Assembly (NCBI RefSeq): GCF_009914755.1
Contig: NC_060934.1
Reading direction: 5' to 3' (one strand)
Length of the DNA: 64,000 bases
From: the human T2T-CHM13v2.0 reference genome, Homo sapiens
Shown here: positions 1-13,482 of the stretch, piece by piece
Layout: every line of letters starts with the position of its first letter
Position numbering within the stretch: position 1 is the first letter of the stretch
Made by a program: the position numbers and the translations under genes
Notes under the pieces: generated by a model
What the model saw: the letters and a program-made list of their open reading frames with translations, nothing else
Told to the model about the DNA's origin: nothing
Databases searched by the model: none

Positions 1-60
1 ATTTGGGCAATTCTGTCAGTCTTTTCAGGTGATACACCACTGTAAAATATTCTGCTTATC

Positions 61-354
61 ACTGGGTGTGGTGGTTCACGCCTGTAATCCCAGCGCTTTG
101 GGAGGCCGAGGCAGGTGGATCACTTGAGGTGAGGAGTTCGAGACCAGCCTGGCCAACATGGCAAAACCCTGTCTCTACTAAAAAATACAAAAAATTAGCT
201 GGATGTGGTGGTGCACCCCTGTACTCTCAGCTACTTAGGCAGGAGAGGCAGGAGAATTGCTTGAACCTGGGAGGTGGAGTGAGTCAGCTCACTTCCCTCC
301 AGCCTGGATTACAGAGCGAGACTCCGTCTCAAAAAAAAAAAAAAAAAAAAAAAA
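61..354 (+). mobile_element. AluS element with a small deletion in the right arm
   Basis: Alu consensus, 24-A tail, degenerate target-site duplication (TSD) ttctgcttatc / ttctacttatc. Confidence 0.93.
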
Positions 355-571
355 TTCTACTTATCTTATTCCCCCTATGGTAATGTCTTGGTTGTGCTCC
401 TGCTAGCTTAGGGGAAAAGGAGTAATTAATTTTAAGGGCACTGAGGGTATCTCAGACAGCTCATGAATTGGTGGAACTGGGTACTAAAAGCTGTTAGGAC
501 TAAGGCAGCACCTGCCTTCTGCCCATCTCCCTCTGCCGTGTTTCTCTGCATGGCAGAGGGACACCACTGCT

Positions 572-1075
572 TTATGGGGGTCCAGGAATCATAAGACACA
601 AAATACAGTCACACTCATGACTGTAACTTATTACAGTGCAAGCACATGAGGCAAACTCAGTACAGGGAAGAGGTGCACAGGGCGAGTCCTCTCCCATGGA
701 GCCACACAGGTTGCACTTTATCCCCCCATTCACAAATGAGTTGTGAAAACACCTGTGGAATGTTGTCAGCCAGGGAAACTCCTGGGTAGAGACCCAGCAC
801 CCAGGATTTTTATGGAGGACCACTCATGTAAGAAGGCTCTGCCTGTTAAGTACCAAAGTTCCAGACTCCCAGAAGGAAATAAACCATACTGTGTGCGGCA
901 TAGAGCATATTGTTTGTGCAGACAGCTTAGGCACAGTGAGCCACTCCTACCAGTTAGGAAATGATGGGAAGGAACCCTCCTAAATCCAAGTTCCCAGATA
1001 CCAGCCAAGGGCCAGCCTTGCAACAGGCCCTTTAAGGATGGCTGTCAGATCTGCTGCTTCACTCTTTCCTGCACA
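572..1075 (-). mobile_element. MER21-family LTR
   Basis: Reverse complement begins TGTGCAGGAAAGAGTGAAGCAGCAG, like MER21; collinear with the second copy at 45771-47476. Confidence 0.75.
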
Positions 1076-1755
1076 GCGGAGTCCCACCCCAGTCTGAAGT
1101 TTACACATCATACCCTCAGTTAAGGTTGAGCAGAGCCCTTTGAGTATGTCCCAACTCCAGATTCCCAGGAGAAGGAGTTAGCCCAGAGAGGGTAAAGTTA
1201 CCCCCCAATCCAGGCAGGATGGTCAGAGTAATGGGTCACATGGTCTAACGTGGATATCAGGCATTCTTCCCATCTGGGTAGGGACAGGTTGTTGGTTTGG
1301 GGGCGCGGAAGACGCTCCAGAAGCAAGTCGGCCATAGAGATGCATGTGTGGAAAATCTTCTCAGAAACTGTGCAGACTTCATCTGCCAAAGACCCTCTTA
1401 TGTTAGGAGGAGCATTACAAAACCATACAGGAAAGTGGCACCTGATTCAGGCCCCAGGAGCCCCAGGTTGCTCTGAGGAAATAGGGTAGTGTGTAGGTGT
1501 TCATTTGCATAGAAGCAGTGAATGCCTGAGAGATTCTGTAATAGATTCAGATAGCTTATCCTCAGGTGTTCTGTAATAGTCTTAGTGAACTTTCGTTTTT
1601 CTTCACCATTCTGATTGCAGCCAGTTGGAGTTCATGAAAATAGCCTGATTCCTCCCTGAGATTGATCCTTGTAGGTGGTGGACAAAAATGGCATATGTGT
1701 TTATAATATTCTTCTGTGTCTGCTGTAGTTTTTTTTTTGTTTGTTTGAAAGCTTT

Positions 1756-2096
1756 TGTATTAGTATGTTTTCACACTGCTGATAAAGATATACCCCAGAC
1801 TGGGCAGTTTACAAAAGAGGTTTAAGGGACTTACAGTTCCACGTAGCTGGGGAGGCGTCACAGTCATGGTGGAAGGTATCTCAGGCACGTCTCACATCGC
1901 GGCAGAGAAGAGAAGAGGGCTTGTGCAGAGAAACTCCTGTTTTTACAATCATCAGATCTCATGAGACTTATCACTATCATGAGAACAGCATGGGAAAGAC
2001 CTGCCCCCATGATTCAATTACCTTCCACCAGGTCCCTCCCACAACATGTGGGAATTCAAGATGAGATTTGGGTGGGGACACAGCCAAACCATATCA
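1756..2096 (-). mobile_element. THE1 (THE1B-like) MaLR solo LTR
   Basis: Termini tgtattag...ccatatca; perfect 5-bp TSD GCTTT at 1751-1755 and 2097-2101. Confidence 0.92.
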
Positions 2097-3462
2097 GCTT
2101 TCTTGGTCGGACTTATAGTCAGAACTATTGAAGGTTATGCATCTCAGCCATTACTTCTACACGTGAATAATTCCTAATCTTCTCAATAGTACCCATATAG
2201 GAAGTGCTGGTATTTTTTGAGGCATGGATATCTTTCATTTGCTGAAGGCAGGGGCTGATGTAGGGTGTTGAGGTGACCTTAGTATGGGTGGTGGTTCCCA
2301 CAGTTGGGAGACTTGTGTCTCTTTTGCACAAACCTATCACTGGGTTGCTCTGAGAAGGGTTAAGTGTCATCTCAGAATGTAGTGGGAACCCTGTCAGTTC
2401 TGTGGCCCATGTAGAAAGGGTTTCCGGGTCCCTTCAGTCAGTGGGAAATCACCATAGAATTATCATCATATCCCCATCCTTGGCTACATGTATAATAGTT
2501 TAGTATGAATTAATTTAATTCACACATGTGCATGCACACGCTCTATATATGTATGTATGTATGCCAGGAAGTTAAAACCCAGAGCTTCCAGCCAGACCAT
2601 CCTGTTTGTTTTGCTATGGTTTTCATGTGGATTCTTCCTTGGAGTCAGGTAAAATGTAATCCCTCTGCCTCCATGCTGTGCATAGCAGACCAGTTTGTTG
2701 CTGCTGTCTGTGCACTCGTGCTCTGTGTGCGCTAGTCTGGCCTCATGCATGGCCAGGGTGCCCTGTCCTGTGACAGCAGGGGGCTGATCGCCTGCACATG
2801 CGTCCATCCGATGGCTTGATGGAGCTGCCTTCTATGTGTCAGTCTCTCTTTTTAAAGTACTCAACAGTATCCTCAGACTAATTTTTGCTTTTGCATTTTT
2901 GCTTTTGTTATCTTTGAGATATCAAGAGTGGAAGGCAGCATTCATTCCAGAGAGGACAAGACTTCTAAGGAAAAGAGAAGTGTTTTTTTGTGAGTCTAAG
3001 AACAGCATATGAGTGATAGAAAAACAGTTCCATAGTCCCTTCAACAGATCAGCAGGAAGGCTTTTGAAAACAGTAGTGAATCTTCTTTGCAGAGGCATGG
3101 ACTGTAAGGAGAAAACCTTCTTCTATCTTTTGTACACTGCTGTTTTAGGGTACCCCAAGATAACATTGTTGATTCCTGGGGACCTAGGATGTTATCTCCT
3201 TGAATGAAACCTATTCTTCATGTCTTTTACAGTAACGAATAAATGTGTTGATGGATTCATCTGTACCCACAAAATGAGCCTTCAGAAAAGAAAATGCAAA
3301 GTTCAGTGATACTAGGTTATTACAAGCTCTTCGTGTTCCCTGTGACTGACCCTTCTACCTCTCTGGGGCAGCAGGCTCCCATTCTGAGAAACACTGGTAT
3401 CTGGGGACACTGCAGGCTGAGCTGCTCAGCACAGGCCATGCATGCAGTGTGAGAAGCCACCT

Positions 3463-3516
3463 TGTTAGAGCAGTATCAATTATGGTGACTGTTAGAGCAG
3501 TATCAATTATGGTGAC
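3463..3516. repeat. Perfect 27-bp tandem duplication
   Basis: TGTTAGAGCAGTATCAATTATGGTGAC twice, no mismatches. Confidence 0.97.
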
Positions 3517-4105
3517 CTCTGTCAGCCTTATGGGGTTGGGGTTGGGTGCCACAAGGAGCTCCAGGGGCTCCCAGACAGAAGCCCAGCTGTATTCACCAGC
3601 ACCCAGCATGGAGAATAATGGGTTTCCATGATAAGTAATGCTGCTGATGTACATCGTCTTCCTGGATCTCAATGCTTTCTAGATATTATTGTTATTTATA
3701 TTTCCCTTATATACTGTGGAGCTTTATGGGTCTGGTAGGGTTGGGAATAAATAGTCCTATCATTTGTTAATTATGTTAAACTAATAGATGCATATGAGTT
3801 TTATGAGGGTTACTAATTACTTTTTTATTCAGTTAATGGAAATCTGTTACCCCTTAATTGATTTCAGCTGCAGTTATTTTGTTAGGGTGCTCTTGTTTAA
3901 ATGGATGTATATTTCCCTCTGTGAGCCAAGTTCATTCAGATCTGCATTTGTGCAGGTCCTGTATTCTTATGTTTGATAAATGAGCAAGTGGGTATGTTGG
4001 TTGGTGGAAGGACGGGACCACGACACAGAGGCCCAGTCCTCATCCACCTGCCAGGGGTTGGCATGCAGGCATATAACATTTCTGTTGCATCTTTTGTTTT
4101 CACAG

Positions 4106-4140
4106 TGAGAGAAAAACGCAAGAGTCTCTTCATTAACCAT
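4106..4140 (+). CDS. CCNY: Cyclin Y internal coding exon (probably exon 3), 35 nt, (V)REKRKSLFINH
   Basis: Pyrimidine tract and acceptor cttttgttttcacag|TG; donor CAT|gtaagt. Ends in phase 0 and joins the next exon in frame; peptide matches cyclin Y as I recall it. Confidence 0.95.
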
Positions 4141-6214
4141 GTAAGTGAAGCTGTCTCCCTGTGTTCTTCATAATGACTGTACAGTGTAAAGAGCTAAAAT
4201 AACTGTCTGTGATGGATGAAAATGGCTCATGTGCTTTGTAGATACTTGGAAGAATGTTGCAGTGTACTTATGCTTAGTTTGGTTTGTAATTGGACAAGCA
4301 TCACTCAGTATTTGTCCACTGTCCCAAATATTTTTCCAGAAGCCCTAGACCACTATTGTTCATGAGATGATGTGTGTGAACAATAACATATCAAACATCA
4401 CCCAGCAAGTCCAAGCGAAAGCCACTTCTTTTTAATTTTGAATCCTTTCCTTTCTCTACCCTCACCCCCAAATTATTCTTTTTCTCTTGTAGCTCAGTTC
4501 CATTTGAATAAACACATAGTTGTTTTCCATGAGGCTCTCTGTCTCCACACTTGACTCTTCCCATTTGTTGTTTGTGGGTCCAGTAGAGTCTGCGTGTTCT
4601 TCTGATGCTCCAAGAAAGGATAAACTTGATAACACTAAATTTAAAAAAGATGTTCAAACATTTGGCTGGAGTCTTTTGGCCATTCTTAGCCATGTCTCCC
4701 TCCCCTGGTGGCCAGGTGCAGGTGCCCCATTGAGATACTTCATCCCTCTTCCTTCCTTGAGCAGAGATGTAGCTGGCTGGCTCCAGCACCTACTCCACAC
4801 CCTATATACCAGGCAAGTCCTAGCCACACCTTCTTCTTAGAAATATGGCCCTTTAGGAAAGAAAACTCTCCGAGAGGGATGGAATGATGAAACAGGTGTA
4901 AATTATCAAAATAAGTATGCTCTAAGTCCTCATTCTAAAAACAGAACCACACAAGGGTCTTTCTCAGGATTTTTAGACTGTCTGCATCTGTGTATTTGAA
5001 GATCTTGAAATAGTCCTAAAGCTGTGTATTAAAGAGACTTAAAGCCATAATGTTGTATTCTCTGCCCTTTGAAAATATGGACAAAATGCAGTTGGGAAGA
5101 AATTCATAAGCTGGGCCCTTACACTCAAGGGACATGATGCTACGCCCTTAGGAGACTGATGACTTCTTTGTAGTCAGTGTTAATATATATGCACATATAC
5201 AGTTTTCTAGGGGTCAGAGGGCTTATTATTTTTAGCAGATTCTTAAAGCAATCTGTGACCTTTTCCCTCGGCCCCTTAAATTTCAAAGCATCTGTTTAAA
5301 GCACCTTTGAAATTGCAATCTGTGTCATGAGGAAAATATGAAAATTGCCATGCCTTTTTTTTTTTGAAAGCAGTATATACCTGGATATAAAAATTTGAGC
5401 GATTGGAACGAATTCTCTAAATCCTTGCTTCCATTTCTTTGCCTGCTGGGTGCACTTGAATGCTTTCCCACTCATTACACTCATTAGCATGCCTGCCAAG
5501 GAGCTTGCAAGGGAAGGAGAAGAGCTGGAACTGCATCCAGGCCATCTTTCCTGTTCACTGCAGCTCCATGGAAGGTGCATTGAAGAAAGAGGAGGATAGG
5601 AGTTTGTGTCGCTCTGTTATCATTGTAGCTGATGATACAGAGGTGTGCTCCCACAGTTCTAACCTGCATACCTCTTTTAACATCCCTGCACGCCCCACCC
5701 CCCCAACAGGCACACACCTAACCTTGCCATTTCGTGTCCTGTATAGTCTGAGCACCTGCCACACACTTGAGAACACATCTGCTGCACCCAGCACATGGAT
5801 TAGTATGGGAGGCCATGCATTCTCATGCACAGTATCTTCTAACGCCCAGCCCAGCATTCAAACCTCTGTAAAATCACATCTGCTGACACAGAGTGAAATC
5901 ACACAGTTGTTGAGATCTCTGCAAATGCACCTGTTCCTATAGAAAAGAAATCTGGGTGCTAAGTTTCTTACATAACAGATGACCCTGTAACAAGCAGCGT
6001 GACCCTCTAAACTGTGAACAGACCTCGCTGCAAATGAGCGCCATCAGTCCTGCCACGCTAGGAAAAGCCGTGGGAGTGTGCCAGTCCCACCAGCTGAAAT
6101 ATCATTTGAGTGAAATTACCTGCAGATTCAATTAGGCTAATAAAGCAGCTGTACTTTTCAGGTTTTGAAACTTAGGAATAGTAAGTTAGAACAGTGGAGA
6201 AAGGACGAGCAATA

Positions 6215-6445
6215 ATAATAATCGGTCCCATCTGCTGAGTGCTTTAAAGTGTGTGTGCCAGGCTCTGCTGTAATTGGTTTAATGGACTCATTTAGTTAGC
6301 ACAATGGCCATGCTAGGTAGGCACAATTCAGTATTACTGTTTTACAGATGAGGAGATGAGGCACAAAGAAGTTAGCCAAGTAGACAGTGGAGCCCGGGTT
6401 GAGTCCCAGGTGGTCTGCTTCAAGCACGCCACTTAGCTCGCACCC
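6215..6445. mobile_element. MIR SINE
   Basis: MIR core ttttacagatgaggagatgaggcacaaagaagttag. Confidence 0.7.
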
Positions 6446-7157
6446 TCTGTGTTCCTCAGATAATAACACCAGTTCCCATGTGACAGAGGTTGTTTAGCTT
6501 GCTTATCTGAACTTAGAGATAACATTTATAATTAAATTTGTATGGGACAGTCTCTAGGGTTCATTTCTGAATATGGATCTCAACTGAAATTTATCATTTA
6601 GTTTGTTACTGAACTCTGGAGTGATAGTTATTTTTCGCCCTTATTATACCATTTCATTTTTTATTTGCTTTATTGTGAGGGATGTTGTTTCTTTAATTTC
6701 TCTTTCAAGTTTTGAAGAACCCACTTAGTACATGTTGCTAAGTTAACCTACAAAGAGGCTACTATTTAAGAGAAATGAATACAGTTGTGTAGGTAAGCCA
6801 TTTAAGACAAGGCGAGTGTTCACCTCTACCCCCAGGACCATGATAACTGCAGGGGAAATAACCTCCTCCAGGTGGAGAAAAGTAAGGCTTTCCTGGTTTC
6901 CAGCAAACAACACACATAAGCAAGTGAAAAGAGTGGACTATGACCCAGGACATTCTCCAGGGAATGGGGCAGTAGAGAATGGTCCCCCAGGCTGGAAAAT
7001 GAGAGGGGCCTTTAACTGGCTCAAAACAGCCAAGAGAGACTCAGAGGATTAAGTGAAAGGAGACCACTTCTCAAGGAATTATTCCAGGTTTTGAAGCTTG
7101 AAGCCATTTGAAAATAAACCACTTTGGATGTTTTGACAGCAGGTTCAATCAGGGTGA

Positions 7158-7578
<421 letters not shown>

Positions 7579-9857
7579 TAAAAGGCTGTGTAAAGGGATT
7601 TATGTAAAGTTTATTTAAAATTTGCTGACATTTTGACTTTGCTTTTTTTTTTTTAAGGTTAGCTGTTTTTATGAATCTTTTAATTAAAGTGTAAAAATCT
7701 CTGATTATAGATTGTGGGTGACATTGTAGGTGGTTGGAGTTAAGAATCACTCCTGAAAAAAAAAAATCACTCCTGAAACTCAGAATGTATGCTTTTTACC
7801 TTAGCCTCACTTTTCTATGATTATCTTCCTGCCACCTGGTGATAGCACACCAAAAATGAATGGGTTATTCTAAGAAGTTAAAAAAAAAAAAAAGATGTGA
7901 AAACAGAATGAATGAGGAGTTGAATAGCCAGCTTCCTTTGTCTTGTTTGCCATAGGTGCACTTTGAAACGAGAAAGCCAGACTGGGAATTCTGTGTAGTG
8001 TGATCCTCAAAAAAAAAAAAACCAAAGCATTTGTCTCAACACTGAGTCTGGTGATAGTTGAGGAAACTTTGTGAGGAAGTAAAGCAACTAGGGAGAGTTA
8101 CTTATCAGCTAAGCAAGAGTCACATTATTATTAGTGGGACTTGGAGCCAAAAGAACTTTGTTCAAACCCTCGTTCTGCCACCTGCTAATTGGGCAATCTT
8201 GGAAACATCTTGAAATCTCAGTTTTCTTATCTCCTAGGGTGGGTCATAATTCCAGACCTACTTGACTCAAAGGTAGTGATTTGCAGCCTAATTATAACAC
8301 CATATACGTATGTTGTATTATTATTGTCCATTGGAATTTAGGTAAAATTGATTTAATTTTCCAAGTTCAATATCAAAACTGATGAAAGTCTTTCTGGTAT
8401 TTTGAGTATGGATATAGTTTTTTCATAATCATTAAGACCAGGATTTTCTGGGAGGAGTATATTCTGTTCAGCTCCCTTTGGAGAATACTGACTTGAATCA
8501 TTTGCTCCTCTTAACACAGTTCAGTTCCAAATCAGTTTCTGCCTTTTAGCTTTGAGTGAGGTAGGAATAGGAGTCCTTGTAAAAAGGTGTCTATTCTGGT
8601 TATAGGCTTCATCTGTAAGTCATAAAAGTCAAGTAATACAGTGAGCTACATCTAGGAACTGAAATTTAAAACATTTTAAATCTTGCTTTTGCCTCTGGAA
8701 TAGAATGAGAGTTTATTGAGCAGCTGCTGTGTTAGCATCAATGCCATATGCTTGGAGGATGTGAAAGAAGACTAAGTTTTTAAAATATCAGTAAAAATTT
8801 TAAAAATCCAATAAGATTAAAGAAATCCAGCTTTTACTTTGAAATAATTTCAAATGTATAGAAAAGTAACAGCAATAATTGAGAGTACAGGATTTTCATG
8901 TGACTAAAGGAACCTTAGATGCTCTGGTTCTCAGACCCCCTGTTCTGCTTCACCCAGGGATGTTGACATGGGGTAGGTGTTTTGTTATTTTCTCTCTTCT
9001 TTTTGTTTTTTCTTCTTCTTTTTGCGGAATGTCTAGAAATGATAATGATAATGTTACACACACTGGTACATTGAGAAGCTTGGGTAGGACATCAATTCCT
9101 TAAGTGTATTGGTTATGTCTGTGGAGGACTTTCTCTTTTCTTACCTCTTTCTGTTTCTTCTTCACCCCTTCTTCCCTTTCTTCATGCTGTCACTCTTGTA
9201 ATGAGGCACAAAGGAAGTGGCACTTGTAAAGTGTAATGGTCCATTCAAATACAGGGCAGCCGACAGGTGGAATTGCTTCCCTAGTGCCTTTGTGGAAGGT
9301 CATTTTGAAAGCTACATTGTCCTTGTTAAGACACACAAGTGACGGGGCCACTGAGCTGTTGTTATGATTTAGCCTGGTAACTCATGGTGTGTTCTCCATG
9401 GAAGTTCCTATGTTGGAAGCCCTGATCTTTTGTATATAGTGTTAGGATATCATCCCTTAATTAGCCAGCACAAATTCTTGACCACAGCTGCCTGGTTTTC
9501 ACATTGCTCTGACACTGCTACATGTGGGGAAGGAGCTGTTCTCATTTTAGTCAGTCACTGACTCTTGGTTCCATTGCTGCCATTCCCAGAGTTAGGGGAA
9601 GCACAACCACTCCTGCTAGCTGGGCAGGCACTGAGGGCCTCTTCACTGTGCATTCTACTTGTCACTTCATTGCTCTCCTAACCTCCTCAGTTTTCAACTC
9701 CATCACCTTGCTCAGGGACTTCTGGAGTAGAGAGAAGAAAGGAATGAAGTGAAGCCTTGAAGGAGCATTCTACTTGAAGCAGGAACTTTGTCAGAAAAGC
9801 CCTTTAAGAAGCAGACTTTGTATCCCTTAGCCTTGTGTTATAATCTGTTCTTTGACT

Positions 9858-9911
9858 TTATATATACATATATATGTGTGTGTATATATATGTGTGTGTA
9901 CATATATATGT
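9858..9911. repeat. (TA)n/(TG)n compound microsatellite
   Basis: Read directly from the sequence. Confidence 0.9.
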
Positions 9912-11690
9912 TTTAACTTTTATTTCAAACTTACAGAATGATTTTAATAGTAGTAATACAGAAAACTCTCATCTACCCTTTAGCCAGATTCATCAGTTTT
10001 AAACCAATATTCTCTCACATTCTGCACATCCTTGGTCATTGTCTTTTATTATTTTTTCTGAATTGTTTGGAAGTAGGTTGTCTGCATTCTGCCTTTTCTC
10101 CCTAATACTCCACTGTGTATTTCCTAAGACCAAGGCTATTCTCTGTGTAACCACAATATTATCAAAATAAAGAATTTAACATTGATATGTTTCTTCTAAT
10201 TAACTGATCATATTCCAGCAATGTTAAGTGGCTCCGTAATGTCCGCTACAGCGTGTTTTTCTGTGGTATGGGTTTCACTCCAGCCTGACACATGGCATTT
10301 AGTTGGCATGCACGCTCTATGTCCTTTAATCTGGAGCAGATTCTCAGCCTTTCTCAGTCTTTCAGGACATTGACACTGTTGAAGAATACAGGGCCAGTTT
10401 TTTTTTTTTTTTAAATAATAATGTAATGTTTCTCATTTTGGATTTGCCCGAAGGATTCAGTTAAACATTTACAGCCAGAATACTACATGGAGTGTTCCCT
10501 TGCCCTTTTCAAGACATCAAATCGAGAGGCAGGCAGTTTCATCTGACTCTTGTTGCTGATGTTGATTTTGATTACCGGGCAAGGTGCTGCCTGGATCCTC
10601 CACTGTCTGTTTACTCGTTTTCCCTTTGCAACTAATAAGCAGTCTCTGGGCAGGTACTTTAAAACCATGTAGATATCCTGCACTTTATCCCCACCCCCAG
10701 ATTTAGCATCTGTTGATCAGGCTTGACCGAATCAATCTTTATTATTTTTGGTTACAAAATGGTGGTTTTCCAGCCCTACCATACTTCTCTCCCTTTGTCA
10801 GTAGGTGTTCTGCTTAAGAGAGAGCCTTCTCTTCCCATCTGTCCATCTGTCTGTCCATCCAGCCATTTTCAGTACAGATTCCTGGATTTCTGCTTTTCTA
10901 ATGATACCTAGTTCATGCTTGTGCTTAAATATTTCGATGTCCTAGATTTGGGTAGTGGCAGTCTTTTGATACTGGTTTTGTGTTCTTGTGACATGCTCCA
11001 TCCTTTCGTTTTGTTTTGCGAACTCCTTTGCTTTCTGGCACAATAAGATATTTCAGGCTCATCTTGTACCTCTGCCTCAACCCTGGATAGCCATTTCTCC
11101 AGGGAGTCCTGATTCCTTTTAGTGGCAAACAGTGCTAGAACCAAGGTCTGGACACCATGTGTGCTCATTGCTGCTGGGGTGCTATTGCTTCTAGGCCCAT
11201 TTAGCAGGTGTAGCTAGGAAACAGACATTTCAGAAATCATGAATTCATACTGTTACTTTAAATTTCCCATTCCAGTCTATCCCATAGGGTTTTTTCTTGA
11301 CCTTGGCCTTTGACTTTTTAATTTCTACTGAAAAACTTATTTTTCAATTAAGTTTTATTGATACATAATTAACATGTAAAATTCACCTTTTAAAAATATA
11401 CAGTTCAGTGGTTTTTAGTGTAACCACAGAGGTGTGCAACTGTCATCACAGTTAATTTTAGAACATATTCATCACCCCCAAAAGAAACCCTGTACCCATT
11501 AGCAGTCATTCCTACTCCTTCCCCTCCCCCACTAGTCTACTGTTTGTAGATTTGTCTATTTTGGATATTTTATATAAATGTAATCATATAATACATGGCC
11601 TTTTGTGAGTGGCTTCTTTCACTTAGCATAATGTTCTCAAGGTTCATCCGTGTATCTCAGTACTTCATTCCTTTTTATGGCCAAATACAT
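9912..11690 (-). mobile_element. Old L1 (L1M-class) 3' fragments, at least two pieces
   Basis: L1 3'UTR-like text, e.g. atattcatcacccccaaaagaaaccctgtacccattagcagtca and ggcttctttcacttagcataatgttctcaagg; boundaries approximate. Confidence 0.7.
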
Positions 11691-11847
11691 TTCTACAGAG
11701 CAGAATTCTACCATAAAGTTGGCATTTTCCCAATTTTTGTTCTGAGATCCAAAGTTGGCTTATTTTCTCGCTTTCATAGAGAATGATTTGGTTCACCTGG
11801 GTTCTTAACTCCATGGGTATTTGCCTTCTGCTTTAGTCTTGCTGTAA

Positions 11848-12179
<332 letters not shown>

Positions 12180-12810
12180 TGTACCTTCTTTTTCTTTCTA
12201 TGGAACATTAGTTTGTGAACACTTTGAGGTCAGAGAGGAAGATTTTTTTCTTATTTTGCTTTTTGTCTTTGTGTCTCTGTGACCCCTGGTGGTCCTGGAA
12301 AAGTGATGATGGTGCTTTCCTCTCTCCCAGCCGGGTGCCTTCCCCGCATGGGCATCCCCCTGTGAGCACACCTGCTCTTGCTGATCAGTGCTCTGGGTTT
12401 CACAGGCTTCAGAATCCCACACAAAGTTCTTGAATTCCACTCCACCCTGTATTAGCTGTGTGAATAAGGCAAAGACAGTTCTGCAAAATGAGTGGCCTTT
12501 ATGGTTTCGTGGAGACTGTCTGTGAGCTGGGAGTTCAGCAGGTGGCAGGTGTGATCCTGCAACCCAGCCTCCCCTCCACTTCTGCACTCCAGCAGGCCTT
12601 TCGTTCATTCCTAGTCAAGGAATGCCAGTGCAAGTGGCCAGTTCTCTGTGGCCCGAGGAGGCTGCAGACCAAAACCTGCCTCCTCTATCAAGGTCATAGT
12701 TTGCCCTCCTTAAGATTAAAAAAAATTGTGGAGCTTTCATATTTAGAGATTTCATTTATATCACTTCTTTTCACAAACTTTTACTCCTTCTTTTCCTCTA
12801 ATAATAATAC

Positions 12811-13120
12811 TTCATTTTATTTATTTATTTATTTGTGAGACAAGGTTTCACTCTGTCACTCAGGGTGGAGTGTAGTGGCACAATCATGGCTCACAGCAGT
12901 CTTGACTTCCTGGGCCCAACCGATCTTCCTGCCTCAGCCTCCTGGGTAGCTGGCACCACAGGCATGCATCACCACACCTGGCTAATTTATTTCTATTTTT
13001 TGTAGAGATGAGGTCTTGCTGTATGGCTCAGGTTGGTCTCGAACTCCTGGGCTCAATTGATTCTCCCACTTGGGCTTCCCAAAGTGCTGGAATTATAGGC
13101 ATGAGCTACCATGCCTGGGC
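12811..13120 (-). mobile_element. AluJ
   Basis: Diverged reverse Alu with (ATTT)n tail and J-type positions (ctcctgggctcaa). Confidence 0.9.
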
Positions 13121-13361
13121 CTTACATTATTTAATGCTTTTTTTTGATCCTAACAAACCTTTCTAAGAAGTAGTAAGACAGTCATTGAAAATGGGAAGTT
13201 AAAGCCTAGAGACTCTTAAGTGTTAAATGACTTAATATTTATTCAGTTCATGTACGTGCTAGGCACTTTACAGGTGTTATTCTTCACAGCACCACAATGA
13301 AGGACAGGTTCTGTATCTGAATTTTATTGATGAAGACATTGAAGCTTGGGGAGGCTAAGCC

Positions 13362-13482
13362 TAAGGTGATAGGCTTATACATTTTAATTAATTACGAAAG
13401 GGGTTACTATTATTGGTTATTCTAGGACAACAGGGACAAACTACGGCTGTCCTGATCAAGCCAGGATGTGTGATTGTCCTCT
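13362..13482. mobile_element. MER94-like hAT MITE inside a MIR (MIR about 13230-13560)
   Basis: ggacaacagggacaaactacggctgtcctgatcaagccaggatgtgtgattgtcct resembles MER94; the MIR core resumes at taagtaacttgccc. Confidence 0.6.

Noticed and set aside
66-383. Alu-derived ORFs (also 7231, 31043, 36603, 42124, 50761, 60085)
   Set aside because: Standard Alu translations with no evidence of being genes.
1838-1858. PRDM9 hotspot motif in THE1 LTRs
   Set aside because: The solo LTR reads CCTCCCCAGCTAC and the full element reads CCTCCCCAGCCAT and CTTCCCCAGCCAT. None has the hotspot-associated CCTCCCTAGCCAC.
5460-5942. 160-aa ORF and overlapping ORFs
   Set aside because: No recognisable domain, non-ATG start, no splice context; expected by chance in 64 kb.
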